Below, one piece after another: positions 41,538 through 51,103 of a stretch of 63,059 nucleotides of DNA. Location of the stretch: the NCBI GenBank assembly GCA_017857855.1, contig JAFMCI010000006.1:1-63059 (forward strand), read 5' to 3'. The notes beneath the pieces were generated by a model. It did not search any database. It saw only the letters and a list, made by a program, of their open reading frames with translations, and had not been told where the DNA came from. The translations under genes and the position numbers were made by a program. This DNA is from Bacteroidia bacterium. GTDB lineage: Bacteria > Bacteroidota > Bacteroidia > NS11-12g > UBA9320. Every line of letters begins with the position of its first letter. The first letter of the stretch is position 1.

Positions 41538-41840
41538 GTGAAATTGAAGCTAACCGCTGTATTACTTATCGCATCGTTAATGACATTTGCTAATAACCCT
41601 ATGAAAATCAAGGTATTAGATGAGAACAATGAGCCAGTAATTGGAGCTAAAGTAATGTTGCCTTCTGTAGAGTTATCTTCTTTTACCAATTTTGATGGAG
41701 AAAGCGAAATATCTGCGGTGTATGAAACTAAAGTTACGGTAGAGTATATAGGATACGAGCCTCAAGAAATTGAAATTCCAGTTCACGGAGACGAATTCGT
41801 AATAGTACTTCATAAGAGAGTGCCAAGTCACGCTCTATAA
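41538..41840 (+). CDS. Small exported protein, carboxypeptidase-regulatory-like domain
   Basis: Signal peptide; KVLDENNEPVIGAKV...TNFDG...YIGYE motif; GTG start. Confidence 0.75.
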   Translation: MKLKLTAVLLIASLMTFANNPMKIKVLDENNEPVIGAKVMLPSVELSSFTNFDGESEISAVYETKVTVEYIGYEPQEIEIPVHGDEFVIVLHKRVPSHAL

Positions 41841-41894
41841 TTTACCTTTATAATCTAATAGTATTTTTTGTGTGGGCTGGGTGATAGGCCCAGT

Positions 41895-41902
41895 TAACTT
41901 TG
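41895..41902 (+). promoter_or_regulatory. -7 promoter element (TAACTTTG), 4 nt before thioredoxin ATG
   Basis: Exact TAnnTTTG match. Confidence 0.7.
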
Positions 41903-41906
41903 CACC

Positions 41907-42221
41907 ATGTCAATACACGTATCTACAGATAAAGATTTTAATGAGTTGCTAGCCAGTAATGAAAAAGTAGTGGTTAAGTATTTCGCCAATTGGTGTGGTA
42001 GTTGCAAGCTTTTTGCGCCTAAGTACAGACGTTTGTCTGAGGATGAGCGATTTTCAGGTATTACCTTTTTAGATGTGAATGCGGAAGAAAATCTCGAAGC
42101 ACGTAAGGCTGCGGGGGTAGACAACTTGCCGTATTTTGCGGTATTTAAAAATGGTAAGCTTGTAAACGGAGCGGCTACGAGCCTAGAGCCAAAAGTGGTT
42201 GAATTATTAGAGTCCTTATAA
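41907..42221 (+). CDS. Thioredoxin family protein
   Basis: WCGSC active site, LPYF..FKNG. Confidence 0.92.
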   Translation: MSIHVSTDKDFNELLASNEKVVVKYFANWCGSCKLFAPKYRRLSEDERFSGITFLDVNAEENLEARKAAGVDNLPYFAVFKNGKLVNGAATSLEPKVVELLESL

Positions 42222-42238
42222 GTTAGATCAAGAATAAG

Positions 42239-42481
42239 ATGCAGATTCCTGTCATTAAAAAAATTACAGAAGCTTATAGCTTAGTTGAGTTACAAAAAGC
42301 CGAAGCGGCGTTGTATGAGGAACAAATTCCTGAAATTGAAATAGAAGGTAAAGATGAAGGTGAGCAGCTTACACATGTGCTAGCGGCTATTTTCATTTTA
42401 GAATATATGGCTGAAAATGGAGTTGACCTAAAAACCGCATTAAGAGAATATACCTTGAAGGTAAGAAATAGTATTTCATAA
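42239..42481 (+). CDS. Conserved small protein (DUF6952-like)
   Basis: EIEIEGKDEGEQLTHVLAA...ALREY..KVRNSIS, typical Bacteroidota thioredoxin neighbour. Confidence 0.7.
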   Translation: MQIPVIKKITEAYSLVELQKAEAALYEEQIPEIEIEGKDEGEQLTHVLAAIFILEYMAENGVDLKTALREYTLKVRNSIS

Positions 42482-42525
42482 TTTTCGGTCATCCAAAATA
42501 ACAAAGAAAAAATGCTTTACGAAGC

Positions 42526-42559
42526 AAAAAAAAGCCACCTCGCAATGAAGTGGCTTTTT
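42526..42559. terminator. Bidirectional intrinsic terminator
   Basis: A8-GCCAC...GTGGC-T5 between convergent genes. Confidence 0.8.
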
Positions 42560-42584
42560 AGGTTGTTTACAAAATTCTATATTT

Positions 42585-43217
42585 TTAGTGTTTTGCGAGG
42601 TAATCAGCAACTCCGCCAAATGTAGCGTTCATCGCATCTTTACCTTCAGACCAGTTTGCAGGGCAAACTTCACCATGTGTATCTAAGTGAATAAGTGAGT
42701 CTAGCATACGCATAGCTTCATCTATACTTCTTCCCAATGGTAGATCATTTACAACTTGATGTCTAACTACTCCATTTTTATCAATTAAGAATAGTCCTCT
42801 GTATGCAATCATCGGACCAGTTGCAAAAAGTTCGTTATTTTCATTGTAGTCGTAATCTCCAAACAAAATACCGTAATTAGTGGTTATAGTTTTGGTAGTG
42901 TCCGCAACTATAGGATAGGTAACGCCTTGTATACCGCCGTTATCTTTTGCCATTTGTAGCCATCCCCAGTGACTTTCTTCAGTATCTGTTGAGCAGGCTA
43001 CTATTTTACAACCTTTTGCTTCGAAATCAGCAAGCTTTGCTTGAAAAGCATGTAACTCTGTTGGACACACAAAAGTGAAGTCTTTTGGGTAAAAGAAAAA
43101 GATAGCATAGCTGTCTTTTGCATATTCGCTTAAGGAGAAATTCTCTATTATTTCGTCTCCATTGATTACGGCTCCTGCACTGAAATGTGGAGCTTTTTTT
43201 CCTACTAGTACTGACAT
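42585..43217 (-). CDS. 2-Cys peroxiredoxin (AhpC family)
   Basis: FYPKDFTFVCPTE and GEVCPANW. Confidence 0.95.
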   Translation of the reverse strand: MSVLVGKKAPHFSAGAVINGDEIIENFSLSEYAKDSYAIFFFYPKDFTFVCPTELHAFQAKLADFEAKGCKIVACSTDTEESHWGWLQMAKDNGGIQGVTYPIVADTTKTITTNYGILFGDYDYNENNELFATGPMIAYRGLFLIDKNGVVRHQVVNDLPLGRSIDEAMRMLDSLIHLDTHGEVCPANWSEGKDAMNATFGGVADYLAKH

Positions 43218-43250
43218 TTTTATTATTTTATATTAATCGTTTGATCTGTG

Positions 43251-43258
43251 CAAAGATA
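43251..43258 (-). promoter_or_regulatory. -7 promoter element (TATCTTTG) of peroxiredoxin
   Basis: Exact TAnnTTTG match 33 nt before ATG. Confidence 0.65.
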
Positions 43259-43339
43259 GTAATAACAACAAGCCTGTCTAAAGGTTCTACATTGTTAATT
43301 GATATACAGCAATAAGAAGTTGTAATAAAAATTTTGCGC

Positions 43340-43379
43340 AATGTTAAATTAATGTTAAGTTTGTTATCTAATTGTTAAC
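43340..43379 (+). promoter_or_regulatory. TGTTA repeats around the -7 element (TAAGTTTG, 43356-43363) of the MORN gene
   Basis: TGTTA at 43342, 43353, 43362, 43373 (two pairs, each 11 bp apart). Confidence 0.45.
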
Positions 43380-43391
43380 GAACAAAAAAAT

Positions 43392-43853
43392 ATGAGAAGC
43401 CTTACCACCCTAATTGCAGCAGTTTGTACCCTAGTATCCTTTGCTCTTACTACGAATATTGTAGTTAAGGATGGTATTTATTTCAATGAAGACGGTAGTT
43501 TGTTCTCAGGTGAATATGAACAATTTGAATCTGGTATTAAACTAGCTACCATTTCGGTGAATAATGGTTTACTATCAGGGTCTGCGGTGTATTACCATGC
43601 CAATGGTGCCATAAAGGAAGAAGGAACATTTGTCAACGGTAAGAGATCAGGTAGCTGGTTTCAGTACACCTCAAGTGGCGAATTAACCAGTGTTGCAGCA
43701 TTTAATAATGATAAAAAAGAAGGTAAGTGGATTGTTTGGGACGAAGCTGGAAAGATTAGATTTGAAATGTACTACAGCGAGGGTAAGAAAGTAGGTACGT
43801 GGAAAATGTGGGATGCCGATGGTCAATTGACCAAAAAGACTTTTGAGCAGTAA
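43392..43853 (+). CDS. Exported MORN-variant repeat protein (YwqK-like)
   Basis: Signal peptide; repeats YYHANG.IKEEG.F.NGKR.G.W. Confidence 0.8.
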   Translation: MRSLTTLIAAVCTLVSFALTTNIVVKDGIYFNEDGSLFSGEYEQFESGIKLATISVNNGLLSGSAVYYHANGAIKEEGTFVNGKRSGSWFQYTSSGELTSVAAFNNDKKEGKWIVWDEAGKIRFEMYYSEGKKVGTWKMWDADGQLTKKTFEQ

Positions 43854-43883
43854 TTATTTGTTATTGCTTTGAATTTTGTAATC

Positions 43884-43917
43884 AAAGTCGTTTGTCGCAA
43901 GACAAGCGACTTTTTTT
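43884..43917 (+). terminator. Intrinsic terminator
   Basis: AAAGTCGTTTGTC-GCAA-GACAAGCGAC-T7. Confidence 0.85.
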
Positions 43918-44431
43918 ATGGTGAGGTTTTATAGTATTTAGAAAATTCTTTGGCTTTTGCCACATATACTTCTGCATTTATTTTTATATTCTCTGCCTGT
44001 TCATTAGAAATTGTTTTTACCACTTTTGCTGGCGACCCTAAAACAAGAGAATAGGGGGGAATAATAGTGCCGCTAGTTACCAAAGCATTTGCCCCTATGA
44101 TAGAAAACTCACCTATGTGAGCGTTATTAAGAATGGTAGCATTCATACCCACCAAAACATTATTAGCTAGAATAGCCCCGTGAACTATGGCACCATGACC
44201 AATTATGCACTCTTCACCGATATGAGTAGGCTCATTGGGGTCACAATGAATGACAGCATTGTCTTGTACATTACTTCGGGCACCAATGGTAATGGCTTCA
44301 CTGTCTCCCCTTAAAACAGCCCCGTACCAAACGCTTACTTGGTCTCCTAATCTTACATTGCCTATCACAGTAGCAGTAGGAGCGATAAAAACGTCTGTCC
44401 CTTTAATGATAGGTTTATAAAGATTACTCAT
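43916..44431 (-). CDS. Gamma carbonic anhydrase family protein
   Basis: Hexapeptide repeats, SVWYGAVLRGD, NVQDNAVIH, IGHGAIVHG. Confidence 0.92.
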   Translation of the reverse strand: MSNLYKPIIKGTDVFIAPTATVIGNVRLGDQVSVWYGAVLRGDSEAITIGARSNVQDNAVIHCDPNEPTHIGEECIIGHGAIVHGAILANNVLVGMNATILNNAHIGEFSIIGANALVTSGTIIPPYSLVLGSPAKVVKTISNEQAENIKINAEVYVAKAKEFSKYYKTSP

Positions 44432-45293
44432 TTTCTTTTCTTACGCGTTTCCATCGTTTGTGTGTCCATAGCCAAAATTCAGGGTGTGCAAGTATTTGCT
44501 CTTCTAGTTTTTGCGTATGTGCTTTGGTAATTTCTCCTTCATCCGTTTGATTAGGGTCATCAAAAAGTACATCTATATCTAGGGTGTAATGCCCTCGTTT
44601 AGCTTTATGAATAGAACCGTATAAAACAGGTAAATTATATTTTTTGGCAAACCGTTCTGTTCCCAAGGCCACGGCAGTATCCTGATTTAGAAAATTAGTC
44701 CAAAGTACAGATTTACTATAGGTAGGACTCTGGTCGGCACCAAAAACAGTCATTCTTGGAGTGGTATGTTCTTCGGTAAAATAAGCGAAGGAGTCTTTGG
44801 TTGTTACCATTCGTAAGCCAAATGCACTGCGAGACTCTTTTATTTTACGGTCAAAAAAAGCATTATTTAGTTTGCTATAAAGGGCTACAACGTCATGTGG
44901 AACTTGTTGATGTAATCCTGACGCCAACATTTCCCAGTTATTATAATGCCCCCCTACGATTATTACATCTTGACCTTTTTGAAAATAGGAGGGAAGAGCG
45001 CCTGGTAAGTTGACTACAAATCGTTTGTCTAGTTGCTTTTGGGTAATACTAAATAGTTTTATGCTTTCTACAATTAAATCAGTCAGATGTCTGTAAAATG
45101 CCCTACAGATCGTTTTGATCTCTCGCTCTGTCTTATTGGGAAACGAATTCCTGAGGTTGGAAAGAACTACTTTTTTACGGTACGGGATTAGGTTATAAAA
45201 TACAAAGGATAAAAAATCAGAAAAACCGTACAACAGCCAATAAGGCAAGTAGGATATAGGTTTTAGAATAAGATAAAAAAGTATTTTACTCAC
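44424..45293 (-). CDS. Lipid A / lysophospholipid acyltransferase (LpxL family)
   Basis: GHYNNWE, ADQSP, PEFWLWTHKRWK; GTG start 4 nt after TACATTTG (45298-45305). Confidence 0.9.
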   Translation of the reverse strand: MSKILFYLILKPISYLPYWLLYGFSDFLSFVFYNLIPYRKKVVLSNLRNSFPNKTEREIKTICRAFYRHLTDLIVESIKLFSITQKQLDKRFVVNLPGALPSYFQKGQDVIIVGGHYNNWEMLASGLHQQVPHDVVALYSKLNNAFFDRKIKESRSAFGLRMVTTKDSFAYFTEEHTTPRMTVFGADQSPTYSKSVLWTNFLNQDTAVALGTERFAKKYNLPVLYGSIHKAKRGHYTLDIDVLFDDPNQTDEGEITKAHTQKLEEQILAHPEFWLWTHKRWKRVRKENE

Positions 45294-45307
45294 GAAACAA
45301 ATGTAAG

Positions 45308-45355
45308 TCTAAGATTAAGTTTAAACCAAAGCCTTGTTCTAAACTTAATCTTAGA
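45308..45355. repeat. Perfect 16-bp inverted repeat between typA and the acyltransferase gene
   Basis: TCTAAGATTAAGTTTA (45308-45323) / TAAACTTAATCTTAGA (45340-45355). Confidence 0.85.
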
Positions 45356-45371
45356 ATTAGTTTTAAGTTTT

Positions 45372-47183
45372 TTACATAGAGAGAGCTCCGTTTTTGGCTC
45401 TTTTACGTTCGTGTTCTAATAAGTAAATCTTACGCAGACGAATATTTTCAGGCGTAACTTCTACATACTCATCAGCTTGAATATACTCTAATGCTTCTTC
45501 TAGCGTGAATAATTGTGGTGGAATAAGTTTGATTTTCTCATCTGCGCCACTACTACGAACGTTACTTTGTTTTTTAGCTTTAGTTAGATTAACTACTACA
45601 TCTCCAGGACGTGAGTGCTCACCTACCACTTGACCTTCATAAATCGCCTGATTCGGAGATACAAAGAACTTGCCTCTATCTTGTAAGTTATTGAGTGAAT
45701 AAGGAATAGCACCACCATTTTCCATACTGATCAAAGATCCGTTTATACGCTGAGGGATATCTCCTTTATGAGGTTGAAATTCTTTGAAACGATGTGAGAT
45801 AATTGCTTCTCCCTGAGTAGAAGTAAGTAAGGTGTTTCTTAGTCCAATGATTCCACGAGACGGGATTTCAAACTCAAGATGCATTATATCACCTTTTGGT
45901 TCCATCGTAAGCATGTTTCCTTTTCTCAAGGAAACGAATTCTATTACTTTACCACTATGATGTTCTGGAACATCGATGGTAAGTTCTTCAATAGGTTCGC
46001 ATTTTACTCCATCAATTTCTTTGATAATAACACGTGGTTGACCAATTTGTAACTCATAGCCTTCTCTACGCATAGTTTCAATAAGTACAGCTAAATGCAA
46101 TACTCCCCTGCCGTATACCAAGAATGAATCTGCCGTAGCTGTTTCTTGCAGTTTCATAGCAAGATTTCTTTCCAACTCTTGTCCTAGTCTATCTTTAATA
46201 TGCCTACTAGTTACATATTTTCCTTCTTTACCAAAGAAAGGAGAATCGTTAATAGTAAACAGCATACTGATCGTAGGTTCATCTATGCTAATAGAAGGTA
46301 AAGCTTCAGGATTCTCTGGATCAGAGATAGTGTCTCCTATTTCAAAACCTTCAAGACCTGTTACAGCGCAAATATCACCAGCAGCAACTCTTTCTACTTT
46401 CACTTTTGCGAGACCATCATATAAGAAAAGTTCTTTTACCTTGGTTTTAGAAACGCTTCCGTCTCTTTTTACTAGAGAAACGTTTTGATTAACGACTAAT
46501 TCACCTCTTTTTAGTTTACCAATGGCTATACGACCTGTATACTTGCTAAAATCTAGAGAAGTTATCATCATTTGTACATTTCCTTCTTCTTGTATAGGTG
46601 CAGGAACGTGCTCTAATATTGCATCTAAAGCAGCGAACATATTGTCGGTAGGTTCTCTCCAATCATTGCTCATCCAGCCATTTTTTGCTGATCCATACAC
46701 GGTAGCAAAATCGAGTTGATCTTCATTCGCATCTAGGGCGAACATTAAATCGAACACTTTTTCATGTACCTCCTCTGGAGTACAATTTTCTTTATCTACT
46801 TTATTTACAACAACTACAGGCTTCAATCCAGCTTCTAGCGCTTTTTGAAGTACAAATCTTGTTTGTGGCATTGGGCCTTCAAATGCATCTACTAAAAGCA
46901 GTACGCCATCAGCCATATTCATTACACGCTCTACCTCACCACCAAAATCACTGTGACCTGGGGTGTCGATAATATTTATCTTAGTGCCTTTGTATTGAAC
47001 AGAAACGTTTTTAGAAAGAATAGTAATGCCACGTTCCTTTTCAATGTCATTGTTATCCATTACTAATTCTCCAGGTTTCTCGTGATCTTTAAAAAATTCA
47101 CAGGCTTGAAGAATTTTGTCTACTAGGGTAGTTTTACCGTGGTCAACGTGAGCTATTATGGCTACGTTTCTAATTTTTTGCAT
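45372..47183 (-). CDS. typA: Translational GTPase TypA/BipA
   Basis: [45 protein letters not shown]. Confidence 0.98.
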   Translation of the reverse strand: MQKIRNVAIIAHVDHGKTTLVDKILQACEFFKDHEKPGELVMDNNDIEKERGITILSKNVSVQYKGTKINIIDTPGHSDFGGEVERVMNMADGVLLLVDAFEGPMPQTRFVLQKALEAGLKPVVVVNKVDKENCTPEEVHEKVFDLMFALDANEDQLDFATVYGSAKNGWMSNDWREPTDNMFAALDAILEHVPAPIQEEGNVQMMITSLDFSKYTGRIAIGKLKRGELVVNQNVSLVKRDGSVSKTKVKELFLYDGLAKVKVERVAAGDICAVTGLEGFEIGDTISDPENPEALPSISIDEPTISMLFTINDSPFFGKEGKYVTSRHIKDRLGQELERNLAMKLQETATADSFLVYGRGVLHLAVLIETMRREGYELQIGQPRVIIKEIDGVKCEPIEELTIDVPEHHSGKVIEFVSLRKGNMLTMEPKGDIMHLEFEIPSRGIIGLRNTLLTSTQGEAIISHRFKEFQPHKGDIPQRINGSLISMENGGAIPYSLNNLQDRGKFFVSPNQAIYEGQVVGEHSRPGDVVVNLTKAKKQSNVRSSGADEKIKLIPPQLFTLEEALEYIQADEYVEVTPENIRLRKIYLLEHERKRAKNGALSM

Positions 47184-47253
47184 AAATTGCTGTATCTAAA
47201 ATGGGTGCAAAGGTAGTGAATAATCTCCTTGTAAGCATAAATAGAAAATTACC

Positions 47254-47293
47254 AAAAAAATAAAGCCTCAATTACAATGAAATTAAGGCTTTA
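47254..47293 (-). terminator. Intrinsic terminator after dnaA
   Basis: Minus strand TAAAGCCTTAATT-7nt-AATTGAGGCTTTA followed by T7. Confidence 0.75.
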
Positions 47294-47313
47294 CAATAAA
47301 CGTAGATTACGTT

Positions 47314-48747
47314 TTAATATGTGTTTATCTTGATGCGTTTAGTAAGTTCATCAACGTCAGATTTAAACTTCTTATCTGTGTCTATAAGATCGTTTACTGT
47401 CTGACATGCGTGTATTACGGTAGAGTGGTCTCTGCCTCCAAAGTACATCCCGATGTTTTTGAGACTAGCTTGTGTTAATTGCTTAGCAAAGAACATTGAT
47501 ATTTGTCTTGCTTGTACAATTTCTCTCTTACGTGTTTTTGATTTCATAAGATCTACGCTAACTCCGAAATAGTCAGAAACAAGTTTTTGGATAAACTCGA
47601 TTGATATTTCTCGTGAAGAATTCTTAACAAAGTTCTTCATCATTTTCTTAGTCATTTCTAAGTCGATTTCTTTTCTGTTAAGAGATGCCTGCGCGATAAG
47701 TGAAATTAATGCGCCCTCTAGTTCACGAATATTACTGTCTACTTTATTTGCAACGTATTCAATCACCTCTGGAAGGAACTTAATGCCATCTTGATACATC
47801 TTTTGTTCCAAGATAGATATGCGTGTTTCAAAGTCAGGATTTTGCAAGTCTGCAGAAAGGCCCCACTTGAATCTAGACAATAGTCTTTCGTCCACATCTT
47901 TAAGATCTTTTGGAGCTCGGTCAGAGGTTAAGATTAGTTGTTTTCCGTTTTGATGCAAGTAATTGAATATTTGAAAAAATATTTCTTGTGTTTTTTCTTT
48001 TTTAGCAAAGAATTGAACATCGTCTACGATAAGAACATCAATCATCTGATAGAAATGTAAGAAATCATTGTAGTTACCGTTCTTAGCGCTATCTACATAT
48101 TGATTAATAAATCTTTCTGAGGAAACGTATAATACAGACTTATTACTAGATATTTCTTTAATTCGATTTCCAATGGCATGCACAAGATGTGTTTTACCTA
48201 AACCTACTCCACCAAAAATCATCAATGGATTAAAAGCGGTACCTCCAGGCTTATTGGCTACTGCATAGCCAGCTGAGCGTGCTAGTCTGTTGCATTCGCC
48301 TTCCACAAAATTGTCGAAAGTATAATTAGAATTAAGCTGAGAATCTACATTTAATTTTTTAAGACCAGGTATAATAAACGGATTGTGTATGTTATTGGAT
48401 AGATTAATTGGCATTCCCATTTCGTTTTTGTTATTGTGTGTAACATTACGAGTAGGCATATTAACCGTGTATGGTCTTGCGCTGCCGCTACTATTTTCGA
48501 CAATTACATTGTATTCAAGTTTAGATCCTGCACCTAATTCTTTTTCCAGCGTTTTTTTAAGCAGAGCAACATAGTGTTCTTCTAACCATTCGTAAAAAAA
48601 TTGACTTGGTACTTGTATGGTCAGAACCTTGTCTTCAATTTTTAAGGGTTTAATAGGTGTAAACCAAGTTTTAAAACTTTGTGGATTTACGTTGTCTTTT
48701 ATTGTTTGAAGACATTTTTTCCACACCGTTTCATGTTGTTCGCTCAT
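47314..48747 (-). CDS. dnaA: Chromosomal replication initiator DnaA
   Basis: YTFDNFVEG, GGVGLGKTHL, DDVQF, NIRELEG, GGRDHSTVIHA. Confidence 0.98.
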   Translation of the reverse strand: MSEQHETVWKKCLQTIKDNVNPQSFKTWFTPIKPLKIEDKVLTIQVPSQFFYEWLEEHYVALLKKTLEKELGAGSKLEYNVIVENSSGSARPYTVNMPTRNVTHNNKNEMGMPINLSNNIHNPFIIPGLKKLNVDSQLNSNYTFDNFVEGECNRLARSAGYAVANKPGGTAFNPLMIFGGVGLGKTHLVHAIGNRIKEISSNKSVLYVSSERFINQYVDSAKNGNYNDFLHFYQMIDVLIVDDVQFFAKKEKTQEIFFQIFNYLHQNGKQLILTSDRAPKDLKDVDERLLSRFKWGLSADLQNPDFETRISILEQKMYQDGIKFLPEVIEYVANKVDSNIRELEGALISLIAQASLNRKEIDLEMTKKMMKNFVKNSSREISIEFIQKLVSDYFGVSVDLMKSKTRKREIVQARQISMFFAKQLTQASLKNIGMYFGGRDHSTVIHACQTVNDLIDTDKKFKSDVDELTKRIKINTY

Positions 48748-48869
48748 GTAAGTTTTTGGTTGTTAAAAAGTTAGGTTAATAAAATATAATCTCTACGTGG
48801 TTTGTCACTTTAAGAGAGGTGCAAGTTGGGGTAAAAAAAGTTTCTAAAAAAATAAAAATAGTATTGATT

Positions 48870-49775
48870 TTATAAAATATTTAAGTATTTAAACCCTTGT
48901 ATTTGCGTGCTACTTGGGCTATTGACCTCATAATCAATACGTCCCAAGTTTACGCCTGCCCATCCTGTTTGATTAATAAAAATTTCTTTTCCATCTTGAT
49001 TAAAAATGCCTTGTGGACAACTCAAAAATGTATGGGTATGTCCCCCTAAAATTAAGTCTATATTTTTAGACATTTTAGCTAAAATATTATCGCTCACCTT
49101 GTTATCCTCATATTGATACCCTAAATGTGATAAGCAAATTACTAAGTTACATCCTTTTTTCTTTAATAGTGCTGCAGTTTTATTGGCACATTCTATAGGA
49201 TCTTTGTATTTAATTTCTCCAAAAAGTTTTTTTGGCACTAAGCCATCTAATTCAATTCCAATCCCAAATATTCCAATTTTAAATTTTCCTTTATGACAAA
49301 TGGCGTAAGGATTTACCTTGCCGTCTAAAAGAGTATTGCTAAAATCGTAATTGGCACATAAGAACTTAAAACTGGCATGTGGTAATTGTTTAACTAGTCC
49401 CTCAATGCCTGCGTCAAAATCATGATTACCTAACGTTGCATAATCGTAGCCCATTTCGCTCATTAATTTAAACTCTAGCTCACCCCCGTAATAGTTAAAG
49501 TATGGTGTGCCTTGAAAAATATCGCCGCTGTCTAGAAGGAGGACGTTTTTATGTGTGGCTCGAATCTCATTAATCATAGCAGCCCTCTTCGCTGCGCCTC
49601 CTAGTCCAGGATATTTTTTGTCGCTATCTGGAAAAGGTTCTATGTGACTGTGCCAGTCGTTGGTATGTAAAATAACTAACCTCTCGTTATAGTTTTCCCC
49701 TAACAAAACATGTGGTGCAATTGCTACTCCAGCGGAGAGTGCTGCTGCTTTATAGATAAATTCTTTACGATTCAT
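48870..49775 (-). CDS. 5'-nucleotidase N-terminal metallophosphoesterase subunit
   Basis: TAT-like MNRKEFI, HTNDWHS, DSGD, GNHDFD, LSHLG, GGHTH. Confidence 0.9.
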   Translation of the reverse strand: MNRKEFIYKAAALSAGVAIAPHVLLGENYNERLVILHTNDWHSHIEPFPDSDKKYPGLGGAAKRAAMINEIRATHKNVLLLDSGDIFQGTPYFNYYGGELEFKLMSEMGYDYATLGNHDFDAGIEGLVKQLPHASFKFLCANYDFSNTLLDGKVNPYAICHKGKFKIGIFGIGIELDGLVPKKLFGEIKYKDPIECANKTAALLKKKGCNLVICLSHLGYQYEDNKVSDNILAKMSKNIDLILGGHTHTFLSCPQGIFNQDGKEIFINQTGWAGVNLGRIDYEVNSPSSTQIQGFKYLNIL

Positions 49776-50458
49776 AGTTTCCTTATTTTAGTATCGAAAG
49801 TTATGTGCTGATGTATTTTTACGTATGCTATTAAAGCATCTCTTATCTTAATACCTGTATTAATTCTTTCTGTTGCGTGTATTAGAAATAAATAATTATC
49901 GCCTCCGTTGGCCATGTAATCTGAAGTTACTAAATAAAAATAGTCTTGATCGTTCATCACTACTTGTTTTAGTGAATTAATATTATCTGACATTGGCTCA
50001 CCACCTTTTGTCGTAATAAAATTTTGAAGGGAGTCTATGTAAGTGGTATTTAGTTTTAATATCACAATTTCATTTTCAAATGGCATTATTTGAAATATAT
50101 CACCCATAGTTATATCACCTGAATCTAAAGTACTACGAATCCCTCCATAATTTAGTATACAAATAGTAGAAAGTGGATATGCCTTTAAAGCACTTTCCAT
50201 TACGGCATCTGCCATAAAATTACCCAATGCGCTACTAGGTTTTTTCTTTTCTACGAATGATGGGCTGTGTCCTATGACCTCATTCATGGCTGCAGCCATT
50301 CCTAATTTGTAGGGAGTTATTAGGTCTTCTATTTGTTTATCTGACTTGTCGTTTAAGCTTAATTGTATGTTACTTGTAGGTTGAGCTACCGGCGTTATCC
50401 TCGTCTTACAACTATATAAAAATAGGATTATGAGGAATATTTTACAGGACAATTTCAA
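49772..50458 (-). CDS. 5'-nucleotidase C-terminal domain lipoprotein
   Basis: Lipobox LYSC, LGNFMADA, NYGGIRS, MPFEN, DYMANGGD. Confidence 0.88.
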   Translation of the reverse strand: MKLSCKIFLIILFLYSCKTRITPVAQPTSNIQLSLNDKSDKQIEDLITPYKLGMAAAMNEVIGHSPSFVEKKKPSSALGNFMADAVMESALKAYPLSTICILNYGGIRSTLDSGDITMGDIFQIMPFENEIVILKLNTTYIDSLQNFITTKGGEPMSDNINSLKQVVMNDQDYFYLVTSDYMANGGDNYLFLIHATERINTGIKIRDALIAYVKIHQHITFDTKIRKL

Positions 50459-50984
50459 TTTCTTTTTTTAATAATTCAATTGCTTTCTGTGTTGGATTAA
50501 CACGTTCTGAAATTAGTTTGAGTAATATTTTTTTACCAAGTCCAGGTCCTGTTTCATTTGGTTCACACTCCTGAAAGGTTTGATCGATCAATGTTAACAT
50601 TTTTTCTTTCACTGCTTTTATCATCTGCCAAGACTCATCTGATACATATATCTGTTGTGCAATATTGTGGTTAAACTCAGTATTGATAGTGTTTATTAAT
50701 TCAGAGCGGAGCTGTTCTGCACTTTGACCAGCTTTGGACAACCGTAAAACTAAATTATCAGGAGCGATACGATCAAGTAATAAGGTAAGTCTCTCATATG
50801 CTTGAAGTTTTATAGGTGTAAGTGCATTGGCCTGCTCTTTTTTTAATTCTATAATTCTTACTTTTCGTTGCTCATTTAGGAAGGATTGCACAAGATAATA
50901 AGTGACACCAAACACGATAAGTGCGGGTATGGTAAAATTAAGTATTGCGACAATGGCTTGCGTTATATCGACGGCTAAAATCAT
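50442..50984 (-). CDS. Conserved Bacteroidota membrane-anchored hypothetical protein
   Basis: N-terminal TM; LQAYERLTLLLDRI, EFNHNIAQQIYVS..W motif. Confidence 0.75.
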   Translation of the reverse strand: MILAVDITQAIVAILNFTIPALIVFGVTYYLVQSFLNEQRKVRIIELKKEQANALTPIKLQAYERLTLLLDRIAPDNLVLRLSKAGQSAEQLRSELINTINTEFNHNIAQQIYVSDESWQMIKAVKEKMLTLIDQTFQECEPNETGPGLGKKILLKLISERVNPTQKAIELLKKEIEIVL

Positions 50985-51103
50985 ATTGCTAGAACGAAAT
51001 TAAAGCTAATGGATCTTTATTTATTTATAAAATCGAAAATTTACTTCATTTAATAGATGCGCACACTGCGTATCTACTTAAGTACTTACTTTGAAGGTAT
51101 AAT

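Noticed and set aside
43291-43326. Degenerate OxyR-type ATAG-N7-CTAT array upstream of the peroxiredoxin
   Set aside because: Biologically plausible, but every half-site is mismatched and the spacing is off; not supportable from sequence alone
43392-43853. YwqK-like protein as the antitoxin of a toxin-antitoxin pair
   Set aside because: No adjacent toxin gene; it has a signal peptide, and MORN-variant repeats are generic
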